Positions 28,713-39,946 of a stretch of 64,000 nt of DNA are shown in pieces (the stretch's first letter is position 1; every line of letters starts with the position of its first letter). Under the pieces are notes generated by a model. That model saw nothing but the letters and a program-made list of their open reading frames with translations. It was not told the DNA's origin and made no database searches. The stretch comes from Spirochaetia bacterium (GTDB taxonomy: Bacteria; Spirochaetota; Spirochaetia; SZUA-6; Bin103), in the NCBI GenBank assembly GCA_965208575.1, contig CBDBOV010000006.1, positions 1,216,001 to 1,280,000 of the forward strand, in the 5' to 3' direction. The translations under genes were made by a program, and so were the position numbers.

Positions 28713-29492
28713 ATGCGGTTTCTGCGCAAACGGGTGCTGGCCGGCGAGGTGCTGGCCGGCACGTTCTGCAACCTGGGCTCGCCGATCACCACCGAGATCG
28801 CCGGCCGCGCCGGCTTCGACTGGCTGCTGCTCGACCTGGAACACGGCTCCGGCGACCAGAGTGAATTGATGCACCAGCTCCAGGCCGCGGGCGCCGCGGA
28901 CACGCCGGCGCTGGTGCGCATCGCCTGGAACGAGCCTTGGCGCTTCAAGCGGGTGCTCGACGCCGGCGCCGCCGGGGTGATGGTGCCGTGGGTGAGCACG
29001 CCCGAGGAGGCGCGCGCCGCCGCCGAGGCGATGCGCTACTTCCCGGACGGGGTGCGCGGCGCGGCCACGCTGATCCGCGCCAACGGCTTCAGCCGCAAAC
29101 GCGACGAGTACCTGGCGGACGCCAACGACAACCTGCTCACCGTGGTGCAGATCGAGACCCGGCAGGCGGTGGACAACGCCGCCGCCATCGCCGCCGTCGA
29201 GGGGGTCGACGTGCTGTTCGTGGGGCCGTTCGACCTGTCGATCGGCCTCGACATCCGCGGCCAGTTCGACCATCCGCGGCTCACGGCGGCGCTCGAGACG
29301 GTGGTGGCCGGCGCGCGCGCCGCGGGCAAGGCGGCGGGCATCCTGCTGCAGCGCACCGACCAGGTGGCGGCCACCGTGAAGCGCGGCTTCACCTTCGTCG
29401 CGATCGGCTCCGACGCCGGCCTGGTGGCCAACGGCATGGCCGAGCTGGCGGACGCATTCACCCCCTACCGCATGCGCCTGGAGGAGGGGTAG
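28713..29492 (+). CDS. HpcH/HpaI-family class II pyruvate aldolase
   Basis: GFDWLLLDLEHG, KRVLDAGA, VQIET, LFVGPFDLS. Confidence 0.92.
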   Translation: MRFLRKRVLAGEVLAGTFCNLGSPITTEIAGRAGFDWLLLDLEHGSGDQSELMHQLQAAGAADTPALVRIAWNEPWRFKRVLDAGAAGVMVPWVSTPEEARAAAEAMRYFPDGVRGAATLIRANGFSRKRDEYLADANDNLLTVVQIETRQAVDNAAAIAAVEGVDVLFVGPFDLSIGLDIRGQFDHPRLTAALETVVAGARAAGKAAGILLQRTDQVAATVKRGFTFVAIGSDAGLVANGMAELADAFTPYRMRLEEG

Positions 29493-29497
29493 CACCG

Positions 29498-30463
29498 ATG
29501 GCGAGCATCATGATCACCGGCCCGGTCGACCCGCTGGTGGCCGACACGCTCAGCCCGTTCGGGACCGCGGTGGAGACCCCCGACATCGAGGAGCGCACCC
29601 TCATCGAGCACGCCCCCGACGCGGTGGCCATCGTGTGCCGCGGCGAGGCCCGCATCACGCGCGCGGTGATCGACGCGGCGCCGGGCCTGCGCGTGATCGG
29701 GCGCACCGGCGTCGGCGTGGACAGCATCGACGTGGCGCGCGCCACCGAACGCGGCATCCCGGTGATCAACACCCCCGGCGCCAACTCCCGGTCGGTCGCG
29801 GAGGGCGCCCTGACCCTCGCCCTGGTGCTGCTCAAGGAGGTGTTCCACTGGGACCGGCAGGTGCGCACCGGCAACTGGGCGGCGCGCTACCGGCTCATCA
29901 CGCGCGACATCGAGGGCACCGTGCTCGGCATCGTCGGCTTCGGCAACATCGGCCGCACCCTGGCCGGGCTCGCCCTGCCGCTCGGCTTCACCGTGGTGGC
30001 CAGCGACCCGTTCGTCACCGCCGCCGACGCCCAGGCCGCCGGAGTGGAACTGCTGCCGCTGGAGGAACTGCTGGGCCGGGCCGACGTGGTGAGCCTGCAC
30101 GCCACCCTCACCGCCGCCACCGCCGGCCTGATCGACGCCGCCGCCGTGGCGCGCATGAAGCGCGGCGCCCTGCTGCTCAACCTCGGCCGCGGCGGCCTGA
30201 TCGACGACCTCGACACGCTGCACGACGCGCTGCAGGAGGGCCGCCTCGGCGCCGTGGCGCTCGACACCTTCGAGCCGGAGCCGCCCGACCTCGGCCACCC
30301 CATCTTCCGCCATGAGCGCTGCATCTGCTCGCCGCACGTGCTCGGCCTCACCCCCGGCGCCATGCACCGCATCTACACCTCAATGGCCGCCGACATGGCC
30401 GCCGTCCTGTCCGGCAAGCCCCCCCGCCACTGCGTCAACCCCCAAACCCTCCCCGGTGGATGA
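29498..30463 (+). CDS. D-2-hydroxyacid dehydrogenase (SerA-like)
   Basis: RTGVGVDSID, GIVGFGNIG, LNLGRG, LDTFEPEP, SPH. Confidence 0.92.
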   Translation: MASIMITGPVDPLVADTLSPFGTAVETPDIEERTLIEHAPDAVAIVCRGEARITRAVIDAAPGLRVIGRTGVGVDSIDVARATERGIPVINTPGANSRSVAEGALTLALVLLKEVFHWDRQVRTGNWAARYRLITRDIEGTVLGIVGFGNIGRTLAGLALPLGFTVVASDPFVTAADAQAAGVELLPLEELLGRADVVSLHATLTAATAGLIDAAAVARMKRGALLLNLGRGGLIDDLDTLHDALQEGRLGAVALDTFEPEPPDLGHPIFRHERCICSPHVLGLTPGAMHRIYTSMAADMAAVLSGKPPRHCVNPQTLPGG

Positions 30464-30494
30464 ACCAGGACTCACAGGAGGACGAACACTCAAG

Positions 30495-31550
30495 ATGCCC
30501 CTATTTCGGATCGATAATCGCAAGATCTTGCCGATCGAAAGCACCACCTTCGAGGCGAACGATATGCATGAGCGAAAAGATCTGCAGGATATGCTGAAGT
30601 CTCATGTCAAGGTGATCGCACCCGACGTGCTGGTCGTTGCCGAAGAGTTCCGCGAGTGGGAAGACAGTCACCGCCGAATCGATCTTCTCGGGCTCGACAA
30701 AGAGGCCAATCTGGTGGTGATCGAATTGAAGCGAGATGAAGACGGGAAGCACATGGAGCTTCAAGCTCTTCGGTACGCCGCTATGATTTCAGCGTTGACA
30801 TTCAGCAGACTCATCGAGATTTATGAGGACTTTCTCAGCAACGAGGAGAACGACATTGATGCCAGACAGGAACTCCTTACATTTCTCGACTGGGATGAGG
30901 TTGACGAAGACGCCTTTGGGAACATAGTCAAGATTGTTCTTGTAGCGGCAGATTTCTCGAAGGAGCTATGCACCACTGTGATGTGGCTCAATGATTTTGG
31001 TATCGATATCCGATGTGTTCGTATTGCACCGTATCGACACAATGGCGAATTGCTGTTGGACGTTCAAACAGTAATTCCTCTCCCTGAGATGGCAGATTTT
31101 CGGATTAGAATACGAGAAAAGAGAATAGCCCAAGAGGCGCAGAAAGGATCGAGAGACTACACAAAGTACAACGTGACAGTGGCAGGAAAAACATTCCAGA
31201 ATATGAACAAGAGACAGATGATGTTTCGCATTGTCGCTGAGGCAATCGTCGCGCGCAAATCCCCTGATGACATCAACAACGTGATCCCAGTGAAGAAGAG
31301 CAATCTATTTATGGCATTCGACGGCAAACTCGGTTCTAATGAATTCATCGAAAGGATCACGTCCTCAAAGAACGAAGGATCCGCAAACCGGTACTTCACT
31401 CGCACCGCCGAGTTGTTTTGCCACAGCGGGAAGACCTATGCTCTAACCAATCAGTGGAACAAGGACTCGGTCGAGAAGGCACTTAATTCGTTGAAGGAAG
31501 CATATCCAGACATCGGAATCAGCTTTGAGCCCGCCGAGCAGACGGTCTGA
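30495..31550 (+). CDS. NucS/EndoMS-like PD-(D/E)xK endonuclease with C-terminal accessory domain (lower GC)
   Basis: ERKDLQ, RRIDLLGLD...VVIELKR...LQALRYA; AT-richer 3' half. Confidence 0.8.
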   Translation: MPLFRIDNRKILPIESTTFEANDMHERKDLQDMLKSHVKVIAPDVLVVAEEFREWEDSHRRIDLLGLDKEANLVVIELKRDEDGKHMELQALRYAAMISALTFSRLIEIYEDFLSNEENDIDARQELLTFLDWDEVDEDAFGNIVKIVLVAADFSKELCTTVMWLNDFGIDIRCVRIAPYRHNGELLLDVQTVIPLPEMADFRIRIREKRIAQEAQKGSRDYTKYNVTVAGKTFQNMNKRQMMFRIVAEAIVARKSPDDINNVIPVKKSNLFMAFDGKLGSNEFIERITSSKNEGSANRYFTRTAELFCHSGKTYALTNQWNKDSVEKALNSLKEAYPDIGISFEPAEQTV

Positions 31551-31632
31551 GTGGCCTGCGTCGCTAAGAACAAGGATGGCTCGGCCGCTCGGTAAGGGAG
31601 GCCCGGAGCGTTAGGTTAGGAGTTGGTTGATG

Positions 31633-33093
31633 TCACAGCGTTGCTTGCCACAGTTCCACGGCACGTACGAGGGTGGGCTCCAACCACGCCAGGAAACGCT
31701 CACCGGCTTCCTCCATCGGTTCCTTGTAGTTGATCTGAAACACTTCTTCCGAGACCGGTTCACCTGCGGTGACTTGCCGCTCCCCTGTCTCCGTGGCGGT
31801 GCGCTGAAAACAGACCGCCGCACAGGCCAGAACGCCCTGGAACTCTTGGCCAAGGCCATGGAACGAGACCAACAACTCGGTACGGTCGGCATCGTTGTTC
31901 TCCATCACCAACCGCGCCCAGGACCGGTAGGTTTCGCGGTTTGCGTAGTATCCCAGTTGTTTTGCAGATTCGACGATTTGCCAAGCGAAGTAGTGGCTGT
32001 TCTCGCCGTGATCGACAGTACCGTCTACGAAGAAGGTTGCGTTCTTGAGTAGATGCTGCATCCCGCTTTGCAGCTCGTCGCGCACCTCCCGCAACCGGTT
32101 TTCGGCCGTCTCGCGGAGTTCGTGCGCGATATCGCGGGCTTCGTTCCACTCCTTTATGAGTGCGTCCCGGCGACGCTGCAACTGGTCGCGCACCGCTCCG
32201 ATCGCCTGCTCTGCGCGTACAGTGCGCAGAACGCTGCGGGCGATGCCCAGCGCCTTGACGAACTCGTCCTTTTGGAGACTAGCGAACAATCTGACCAGTT
32301 CTCGGAGGTCACCGCAGTCCGCACGTTCGAGGGCATCGAGGTAGCGGACGCGCCCTTCGTTCCGTACCACCAATGGAAACCATCCGGCTTTCACGAACAC
32401 CAGGGTGGCGAGCGCTCGCGCGATGCGGCCGTTGCCGTCCTGGAACGGGTGGATCTGTGTGAATCGGTGGTGCAGCCATGCCGCCTCGACCTCTGGAGGC
32501 ACGCCCACGTGACCCGCATGGAGTGCGATCATCCGATCCATTTCGGCCGCCACGTGCTCCGGCGGACAGTATTCGTGAATGGAGCCGTCGGGTCGAAGTG
32601 GATTGTTGGGCCACTTCTTGTAAGCGCCACGAATCAACTCGACTCGGCTGATGCGGCCCTGTGCATCGGCGGCTTCCGCCCACGCCTGATTGCGGGTCAT
32701 GAGCGCGTGCATCTCCTTGACGTAACCCGTGGAAAGAGGGCGCTCACCCCGCACGAATCTGAAGATGCTCTCTACCGCGGCTTGGTGATCCCCGATCATG
32801 GCGGCAACCGACTCCGGCTGCTGGCCATCCCCATGAGGGATGAGCGCCGCATCAATGCCATGCTCGATCAGCAGTTGCGTGACGCCGCGGTCGAACGCGT
32901 ACAAGCGCTCGATCAGCCCGGTCTCGATGGCCCACTCGCGGTGCAATCGCTCGTTGAATTGTACGAACGAATCCTGCGACTCAAGCCGCTCGCGCTGGTC
33001 GTGCCAGACCGCCGCCAAGTGTTTCAGCTCCGCTTGTGCGAGTTCCGCCGGGTCGGTCTCGTAGTCGCTGATGAAGTCCCATGAGTGACCCAT
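31633..33093 (-). CDS. Fic-domain protein with C-terminal extension
   Basis: Canonical HPFQDGNGRIAR; AIETGLIE in position of inhibitory helix. Confidence 0.92.
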   Translation of the reverse strand: MGHSWDFISDYETDPAELAQAELKHLAAVWHDQRERLESQDSFVQFNERLHREWAIETGLIERLYAFDRGVTQLLIEHGIDAALIPHGDGQQPESVAAMIGDHQAAVESIFRFVRGERPLSTGYVKEMHALMTRNQAWAEAADAQGRISRVELIRGAYKKWPNNPLRPDGSIHEYCPPEHVAAEMDRMIALHAGHVGVPPEVEAAWLHHRFTQIHPFQDGNGRIARALATLVFVKAGWFPLVVRNEGRVRYLDALERADCGDLRELVRLFASLQKDEFVKALGIARSVLRTVRAEQAIGAVRDQLQRRRDALIKEWNEARDIAHELRETAENRLREVRDELQSGMQHLLKNATFFVDGTVDHGENSHYFAWQIVESAKQLGYYANRETYRSWARLVMENNDADRTELLVSFHGLGQEFQGVLACAAVCFQRTATETGERQVTAGEPVSEEVFQINYKEPMEEAGERFLAWLEPTLVRAVELWQATL

Positions 33094-33388
33094 CAGCCGA
33101 ATGATTGCACATCCCGGAGCGCAGTTTCCACCACTGGGCTCGTGTGGGTCGTGTGGGCGGGAACGCCAAGTGGAAAAATCGAAAAAAAGTTGCGCACACC
33201 CCTTGACGCGATTTTCGGGGCGCGTAACGGCTCGCTACGGCCCGCGGCGGCCCCTCCGACTGTCCGAGAACGACTTCGCGTCCGCGGACGCGGCGGCGCC
33301 CCGCTGAGCGGCCTGCAGGGCGCCGCTTCACCGTGGTCGAGGGCTCGATGAAATCGGCTATTTTCAATCCCATGTTATACTTATGAGT

Positions 33389-34920
33389 ATGAGCGAGTCG
33401 TCTTCTCCCGCCCTCTGGTCCACCGTCGCCGCGCTCCCCGACTATCTCCTGCTGGCGCAGACCCGGCAGCTCGCCCGCCACGAGCAGGCGCTGCAGATCC
33501 TGGTGCTCGACCACTTGCGCGAGATCGAGGTGCGACGCCTGCACCTGACGCGCGGGTACGGGAGCCTGTTCGACTACGTGGTGCACGAACTGGGCTACAC
33601 GGCGGCCGCCGCCTGGCGGAGGATCAAGGCGATGCGGCTGTGCGACCAAACCAGCGCGGCGCGCGAGCTGCTGCGGGACGGCTCGTTGAACCTGAGCAAC
33701 GCGGCGCAACTGCAGAACCTGTTCGAGCGCAGCGACCGCAGCGACCGCAGCCGGGGCCGTGCGCCGGGCAGTGCCGGAGCGGGGGGCGGCGCGAGCGGGG
33801 TGCCGCGGAGTGACGGCGCACCGGGGGAATCGGGACCGGCGGCGCCGATGCGCGGCGGCGAGCACGATCCGGCGCCACCGGCAGCCGGGCCGGCGCCGGT
33901 AGCCGGGCCGGTGCTGGACGCGGCGGCGCGGGAGGAGCTGGTCCGGCAGGCGGCGGGCAAGAGCACGCGCGAAGTGCAGCAGATGCTGGCCGAGGTGGAC
34001 CCGGAGTTGGCGCAGCCGAGCGACCGGTTGCGCGCGCTCGGAGGCGGGCGCTGGGAGCTGAAGGCGGCGATCGACGCGGAGTGCCGGCATGGGCTGGAGA
34101 AGTTGCTGATGCTGCTGTCGCACCGCGACCCGCACCTGTCGCTGGGCGGGCTGGTGGCGCGGCTGGTGCGCGACGGCCTGGACCGCTACGACCCGGCGCG
34201 GCCACCGCGCGTGCGGCGTACGGGCGGTCGCGGCTCGGTCGACGGCGCGGGTCCGGTGAGCACGCCGGCGCGGCGCGCTACGGATTCGGTGCCGCGGAAC
34301 GTGGCGCGCGCGACCGGGAGCGATGTCGAACCGCAGAACGAAGTCGAGCGGGATGACAGGTCGTGGACGGCCGATCGGGTTGGCACTCCCCCTCCTTCGG
34401 CGCCGAAGCGGAATGCGCAAACCGAGTGCGACAACACGAAGTCGGCGCCGGTGAGCCACACGGAAGCCGAGCATGGCAGTACGACGTCCGCGGCGGCGGG
34501 GGCGGCGAACGGCGGCGAGCGGGACGATTCGGCGGCGAAGCGGGGTGCGCAAGCCGAGCACGGCACCGCGAAGTCCGCGTCGGCGCGGGGAATTGCGCGC
34601 CGCGCTGATACGGCGGCGGAACCGTCGTCGGCCGAGCAAGGCAGCGCTGCGCTCGTTGCGGCAGCGGGCAGCGGCGCGAACGCCACGCCGTTGGCGGCAC
34701 GCCCATCCGGAGCCGGACCGGGTTGCGCGGTGCGGGTTGGCCGCGGGCGCTCCGATACGGCGACGGAGCGGCACACGAAAGCCGAGCGCGTGTCTGCGGC
34801 GGTGCGCGGAATCTCCGGCCGCGCCGTATCGGCGGCGAAGCGACACCTGGAGTCCGAGCACGGAAGCGATTCGCTCATGGGGGCACCGAACAGCGGCGGG
34901 CACACCACTTCGCCGGCTAA
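33389..34920 (+). pseudogene. HNH endonuclease (DUF222-like N-terminus), fragment 1 of 3
   Basis: HLREIEVRRLHLTRGYGSLFDY...AWRRIKAMRL then low-complexity linker; ends at IS1634 boundary. Confidence 0.85.
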
Positions 34921-36994
34921 CGTGAGTTTCCTAGTTATTTCGGGTGGCTGGTAGTTTGAGTGGATAAGTCATTTTAGGATAGCAAGTTACTCGCTATCCT
35001 GTCGGACGGGGCTTGTATACACTGACCGTGGTGCTGTCAGGGATGGGCGTGTCGGTATACGTCAAGTAGGCGGCACAGTTTGTCTTGCAGGGACGACCGT
35101 TCAGAGAGCACGTATTGAGCCCGGTAGCGCCCTCTGGTGGCCGGCTCAGGCGCGGCGTAGAGGTTGACCACTTCGGTCACGCCGCTGAGTTCCGTCAGTA
35201 GTTGCTCGATGGTAAGGAGTTGTCCGCCGTCGGCCGCCTTGCGTTGCAGCAGCGAACTCAGCAGCAGTGCCAACACACAATAGAACACGTGTACGCGCAG
35301 CTTCTGATCGGTCCAGTGGAAGGTCGGCGAGAAGCTCACCCAGTGGGGATTCTTCATCTGCTTGAACGCCCGCTCCACGTGATGTTGAGCGCGGCTGGCC
35401 AAGATGATCTCCTGGTCGCTCCACGACTCGTTGTCGGTGCACAGGATGCGTTTGCCCAAGCGCCGGCGTTGCAAGCGCTGGTACGCTGCCCAATCGGTGC
35501 GAAATCGAAAACTGAGCACGCCGTCGGATTCGCTGATCTGAACCTTGAGAATCTGCTTTACGTACTGACCCGAGGTGATCGTGTCGAAATGCTTCTGCAA
35601 GGATGCTCTGCTGTAGCCTTTGCCCTTTGCTCCCGGTAGCTGGCTGCGCGCCAGCTTGCTGCGCAAGGCGCGCAACGCAGCGCGCTTCTTGCGCAACGCG
35701 TGGTTGATCCCAGCCAGCTGCCCGTCCAGCAACCGGCGACTGTTGGTGACCACCACGGTGCGGCGCTCACCCCAGATCACCTTGTCGCTGCGGTAAGCGG
35801 TCACCCCGGCCAGCCGTGGGTCAGTGAAGGAGTGAAACCTGCCGGCGGGAACCGCCAGCAGATCCTCGTGCTGAGTCACGGTCAAGGAGGTGACGAAATG
35901 GTATGGGCCGGCTTGCAGCGCCTCGATATTCGCTCTCGAGGTGTTGCCGCCATCGAACACCAGCGTGACATCTTCGCAGTCCTGGGCCAACTGCTTGCAG
36001 CGGCTGATCAGCGTCTCGATCAAGCTCGAGAACATCGCGGCGTCATTCTGATTTCCCGGATACGGGTGTGAGAGCAGCGGAATGTGGTAGTCGCAGCTTA
36101 CCAGGAGTGCCAAGCCCAGGATCCGCAGATCGGCGCGTTTGCTTTTCGCGTGGCCACGTTGTGCCAGTGCACTGACGGTGCGACTGTCGATGAACGTATC
36201 GAAGTTGGTCGCATCGAAGATGAGCGGTCGCAGATCGATCCGGTAGTGGTCGATCACCCGCTGCGCCAGTTGTTGCTCAATCGCGCCGATGGCAGCGCTG
36301 TCGAGCATGTTCATGTGATCCCAGAATCGCTGACTGGCGAGCGAGCGCTGTGCAGCGGGGAGCAGCCGATTCAACACCGTGCGTCGATACCACTGGTACA
36401 GAGAAGCCTTGCTGGAGGCGGCCACACAACGGTTCAGCGCCGCCACCAGCAGATACTGTCCGCAGGACAGTCCTTGGTCTCGCTTGGGGACCTGGGTATC
36501 GATAAGGCCCACCACATCCAACTCTTGGGCGATCTGCCAGAGCGCGGCCAACGCACCGAACTGAATGACCTTCGCCTTTGCCGGTCGGGTGGGAGCCTCA
36601 CGGAGGCGCTGGAGCAACTTCTCTGCGCTGCCGAGATGTTCGAGGACGATGGGACGTGGTTTGCCGTTGACGCGTCTGGACTCGACGATCTGCCAGTAGG
36701 TGTGCCCGCGGGAGACCTTTTTCTGGAGGGTGGCCACTGCAATCAGTGTATACACTTAGTACGGAGACAGTCAAGGAGAACCGGCATGAGTGGGTCGGAA
36801 GGATCGAAGAGGGGATACTTCGAGTAGTATTGAGGAAGCTGTCCGGCACGGCGCTCGATATATTCAGTGTATACACTGATCCTCTCAAGAGGAGAGTCCA
36901 CTTCCGTGAACCTATCTTGTTTCATGGTAACAACTTATCTGGATGAACCAGAGAATCCCGCGGTCAAATCAACGGGATAAGTAGGAAGGTCAGG
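34921..36994 (-). mobile_element. IS1634-family insertion sequence (A)
   Basis: Imperfect 22-bp TIR CGTGAGTTTCCTAGTTATTTCG / CCTGACCTTCCTACTTATCCCG; flanked by (GG)CTAA duplication. Confidence 0.88.
35037..36755 (-). CDS. IS1634-family DDE transposase
   Basis: YWQIVESRRVNGKPR, FDATN, RGHAKSKR, VFDGG, VERAFKQMK, RVHVFYCVLA. Confidence 0.92.
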   Translation of the reverse strand: MYTLIAVATLQKKVSRGHTYWQIVESRRVNGKPRPIVLEHLGSAEKLLQRLREAPTRPAKAKVIQFGALAALWQIAQELDVVGLIDTQVPKRDQGLSCGQYLLVAALNRCVAASSKASLYQWYRRTVLNRLLPAAQRSLASQRFWDHMNMLDSAAIGAIEQQLAQRVIDHYRIDLRPLIFDATNFDTFIDSRTVSALAQRGHAKSKRADLRILGLALLVSCDYHIPLLSHPYPGNQNDAAMFSSLIETLISRCKQLAQDCEDVTLVFDGGNTSRANIEALQAGPYHFVTSLTVTQHEDLLAVPAGRFHSFTDPRLAGVTAYRSDKVIWGERRTVVVTNSRRLLDGQLAGINHALRKKRAALRALRSKLARSQLPGAKGKGYSRASLQKHFDTITSGQYVKQILKVQISESDGVLSFRFRTDWAAYQRLQRRRLGKRILCTDNESWSDQEIILASRAQHHVERAFKQMKNPHWVSFSPTFHWTDQKLRVHVFYCVLALLLSSLLQRKAADGGQLLTIEQLLTELSGVTEVVNLYAAPEPATRGRYRAQYVLSERSSLQDKLCRLLDVYRHAHP

Positions 36995-36998
36995 CTAA

Positions 36999-37873
36999 GG
37001 GTGATTCGGACACCGAGCGCGGCAGCGTGTCGCCGACGGCGGCGCTACCGATCAGCGGCGCGCTCAGCGGTTCGCCGGCGAAGCGCCAGGCCGAGGCCGA
37101 ACTCAGTTTGGCGTCGCGTGCGGTGGCTCAGGACGGCGACGGTCGGGCGGTGTCGGCGGCGAGACAGCGTGCGGAGGACGCGCGCGGCGGCGCGGAGTCG
37201 GCGGCGGGCCGGGACTCTGTCCGCCGTTCCGATTCGGCGCCGAAGCGAGTCACGCAGGACGAGGGCGGGCACACCGAGGAAGCGGAGCGCGTTTGTGCCG
37301 ATGCGGCTTCGGCGCCGGGGCGCGGTCGCGAGAGGGATCACGCATGCGGGCAACCGACGGCGATGCGTGGCAGCGGCGTTCGGGCTGCTTCGCCGGCGAA
37401 GCGGCGGGGGCGAGCAGACGGCGGTGGCCGGGACACCTTGGTGCCCGGCAACTGGCCGCCTTCGCCCGGCTACGCGGGGGTGGGAGGTGTCCCGGACCGC
37501 GCAACGTGCGCCGCCGGCCCGCGGTTCGACGCCGATCGGCGCGGCGCGGGCACCGGGGCGGGGCGGCCGCTGGTGTCCGGCTTCGGCGGCGAAGCGGCTT
37601 GCGGCCGTCGCCGGGCATGGCGCGATGGGGCCGGGGGAGCGTTCGCCGGCACTGGAGCGGCACCTGGCCGCGCTGCGCGGCGTCGGCGCGGTGCCGGGCT
37701 CGCGGTCGCGGTACATTCCGGCGGTTGTGCGGCGCGAGGTGTGGCGCCGAGACCAGGGTTGTTGCAGCTATGTCGACCCGCACAGCGGGCGGCGCTGCGG
37801 CTCCCGCTATCGGCTGGAGATCGACCACATCGTGCCGTTCGCGCTCGGCGGCCCTGCCGAGTCATCGAACTTG
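36999..37873 (+). pseudogene. HNH endonuclease fragment 2 (contains a frameshift near 37550-37580)
   Basis: Removing IS1634-A restores SPAKGDSDTERG frame; later frame gives SRYIPAVVRREVWRRDQGCC...C...EIDHIVPFALGG...NL. Confidence 0.85.
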
Positions 37874-37969
37874 TGAGAAGGAGTCTATCCGAGCTGTGCC
37901 CGAGAGCAGCGTGCGCTAGCCATAGCCGGCGTCGCCGGGCACAGTTCGGATAGGGTTGATTGAACTAAA

Positions 37970-39946
37970 CCGAAGTTCCAGAGCGGGAATCTTGTTAATT
38001 CGTTATTGATCTGAAAATTGCGCTCAACAGCCGATGTCCGTTACTGGCTACACTTGGGCGCTGACCTCCAGGAGATCGAAACAGCGCTGCTGCAGCGCGG
38101 TCGGTTCGCTGTGCATGGTGAACGTGGCGCCGCTATCCACTATCCGCACGCGGTTGGCCGTCAGCGTCCCCAACTCGCTCATCAGGCTGCGAAAGCTGTG
38201 CACCGGCAGACCGTCGTCGGTACGCTTGCTCGCCGCCTTCCGGTGTGCGGCCGGTGAGCGTTCCGCCGGTTGCACCACCGACTCGCGCAGCGCCTCGCCG
38301 GCGGCGCGGTCGTGGTCGTCGAACAGCACCGGCGCCAGCTTGCTGCGCATGTGCCACTCCACGTAGTAGGCCAGCATGCACAGGAACACGTGCGCCCGCA
38401 CCCGGTCAGCACTGCGGTGATAGATCGGTCGCACCTTCAGATCCACCGTTTTCATGCTGCGGAAGGCGCGCTCCACCTTGGCCAGATCCTTGTACGCCGT
38501 CACCGTCTGCTCGGCGTCGAACAGCTCCGGCTCCACGTTGGAGCGCACGATGTAGAGCCCGTCCAGTTCTTCCTCGGCCGCGATCTTGTCCAGGTCACGC
38601 ACGAACGAGAACGAGTCGTCGGTGATGGTGGTGGTGAAATGCTTGCCCACCTTGTAGTGGTTGATCACCTTGCCCACCCGCAGGCCGATCGCGGCGGCGC
38701 CGCGCAGCGGCTTTTTGGCGCGCTGCGTGGCCGTCACGATCGGCGTCAGTTCCTCCTCCGTGGAGGCCAGCAACTTCTGCCTCTTGCGCTGCCGTTGCTC
38801 GGCCAGGATCGGGTTGCGGCACACGATCAGCCGCTCGCCGGGGAACTCGGGTGAGCTGATCTCCGCCAGGTCACGCTCGTCGAACATGGTCTGCGCCACT
38901 TCGCCGGCCTCGATCAGCTTGCGGATGGTGGGCGCCCGCAGGGTCGTGATCCAGCGCAGGCCGTCGATCCCCTGCAGGTCCTCGCGGATGCGCGCGCCGG
39001 TGAGCATGCCGCGGTCGCCGACCAGCACGACGCGCTGCAAGCCGAAACGGTTGCGAATCTTGTCGACCTGAGCGGCGACCGTCTTGGGGTCACTGGTGGA
39101 GCCCTCGAATACCTCGACGGCGATGGGACAGCCGTCTGCGGTACACAGCAGGCCGAACACGATCTGCAAGGTGCCGCGTTTGCCGTCGCGGCTGTGACCA
39201 CGGCGCGCCAACGGGCAGGTGTGGCCATGGAAGTAACTGGAAGTCAGGTCGTACAACATGAGCGTGTTGTCATGCAGATGGCGCTTGGCCAAGCGCTGCT
39301 CGATGCCGTGCTGGCGAGCGAGCAGCCAATCCATGGCGGCATACAGCTCATTCTCGTCGACGGCTCCCAACTGCAGCAGGTGGCCGAGGGAGGAGACGGC
39401 GCTTTCGGGGTTCAGGCCGCGAGCGGTGGCGAGTTTGGAGCGAGCGTCGACGACGCGAGCGACGATCATGGCGACGACCAGGTCGCGTTCACGGGAGGCG
39501 GGACGAGCGACGAGGGAATGGAGGGAGAGCTTGCGGAGGGAACCGAGGACGGCGGCGACGTGGCCGTGGGGATAGCTGCGCAAGATGGAGAGCAGTTCGT
39601 TGGGAGAGCGCAGAGCGATACCGCCGTTGAGGAGGACGCGCAAACCCTCGACGAGGTGATCGGGCCACTTGGAGAGGTTGGCGATGGTGCGTTTTTTGAC
39701 CTTGCCGTGCTGGCGGAAGGACTCGCGGAGGAGGACGGCTGGGGGAGAGTTGCGGTTGGGGACGGTGTCGATGTACATGGGCACCCTACGGAGGGAATGG
39801 TAGATCATTTAATAATTACATGTCAACCAGATGAGAGAAAATTAACGCTGAACCACAGGACTATTTACATGGACACGATTTACACCCATGAACACGCTAA
39901 TTCCTGTAATAGGAAACAGTTACAAGAACGGCCTCTCAAACCTCGG
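37970..39946 (-). mobile_element. IS1634-family insertion sequence (B)
   Basis: TIR CCGAAGTTCCAGAG / CCGAGGTTTGAGAG; 6-bp TSD ACTAAA at 37964-37969 and 39947-39952; empty site visible at 48613-48625. Confidence 0.92.
38048..39808 (-). CDS. IS1634-family DDE transposase
   Basis: MYIDTVPNRNSPPAVLLRES, LYDLTSSY, VGDRGM, VERAFRSMK, VRAHVFLCMLAYY; start may be 39778. Confidence 0.93.
   Translation of the reverse strand: MIYHSLRRVPMYIDTVPNRNSPPAVLLRESFRQHGKVKKRTIANLSKWPDHLVEGLRVLLNGGIALRSPNELLSILRSYPHGHVAAVLGSLRKLSLHSLVARPASRERDLVVAMIVARVVDARSKLATARGLNPESAVSSLGHLLQLGAVDENELYAAMDWLLARQHGIEQRLAKRHLHDNTLMLYDLTSSYFHGHTCPLARRGHSRDGKRGTLQIVFGLLCTADGCPIAVEVFEGSTSDPKTVAAQVDKIRNRFGLQRVVLVGDRGMLTGARIREDLQGIDGLRWITTLRAPTIRKLIEAGEVAQTMFDERDLAEISSPEFPGERLIVCRNPILAEQRQRKRQKLLASTEEELTPIVTATQRAKKPLRGAAAIGLRVGKVINHYKVGKHFTTTITDDSFSFVRDLDKIAAEEELDGLYIVRSNVEPELFDAEQTVTAYKDLAKVERAFRSMKTVDLKVRPIYHRSADRVRAHVFLCMLAYYVEWHMRSKLAPVLFDDHDRAAGEALRESVVQPAERSPAAHRKAASKRTDDGLPVHSFRSLMSELGTLTANRVRIVDSGATFTMHSEPTALQQRCFDLLEVSAQV

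Noticed and set aside
31550-31632. Integron attC site (GTTAGGT) after the NucS-like gene, and GTTAGCG after 17185
   Set aside because: No matching RYYYAAC box or attC hairpin, and no integron integrase.
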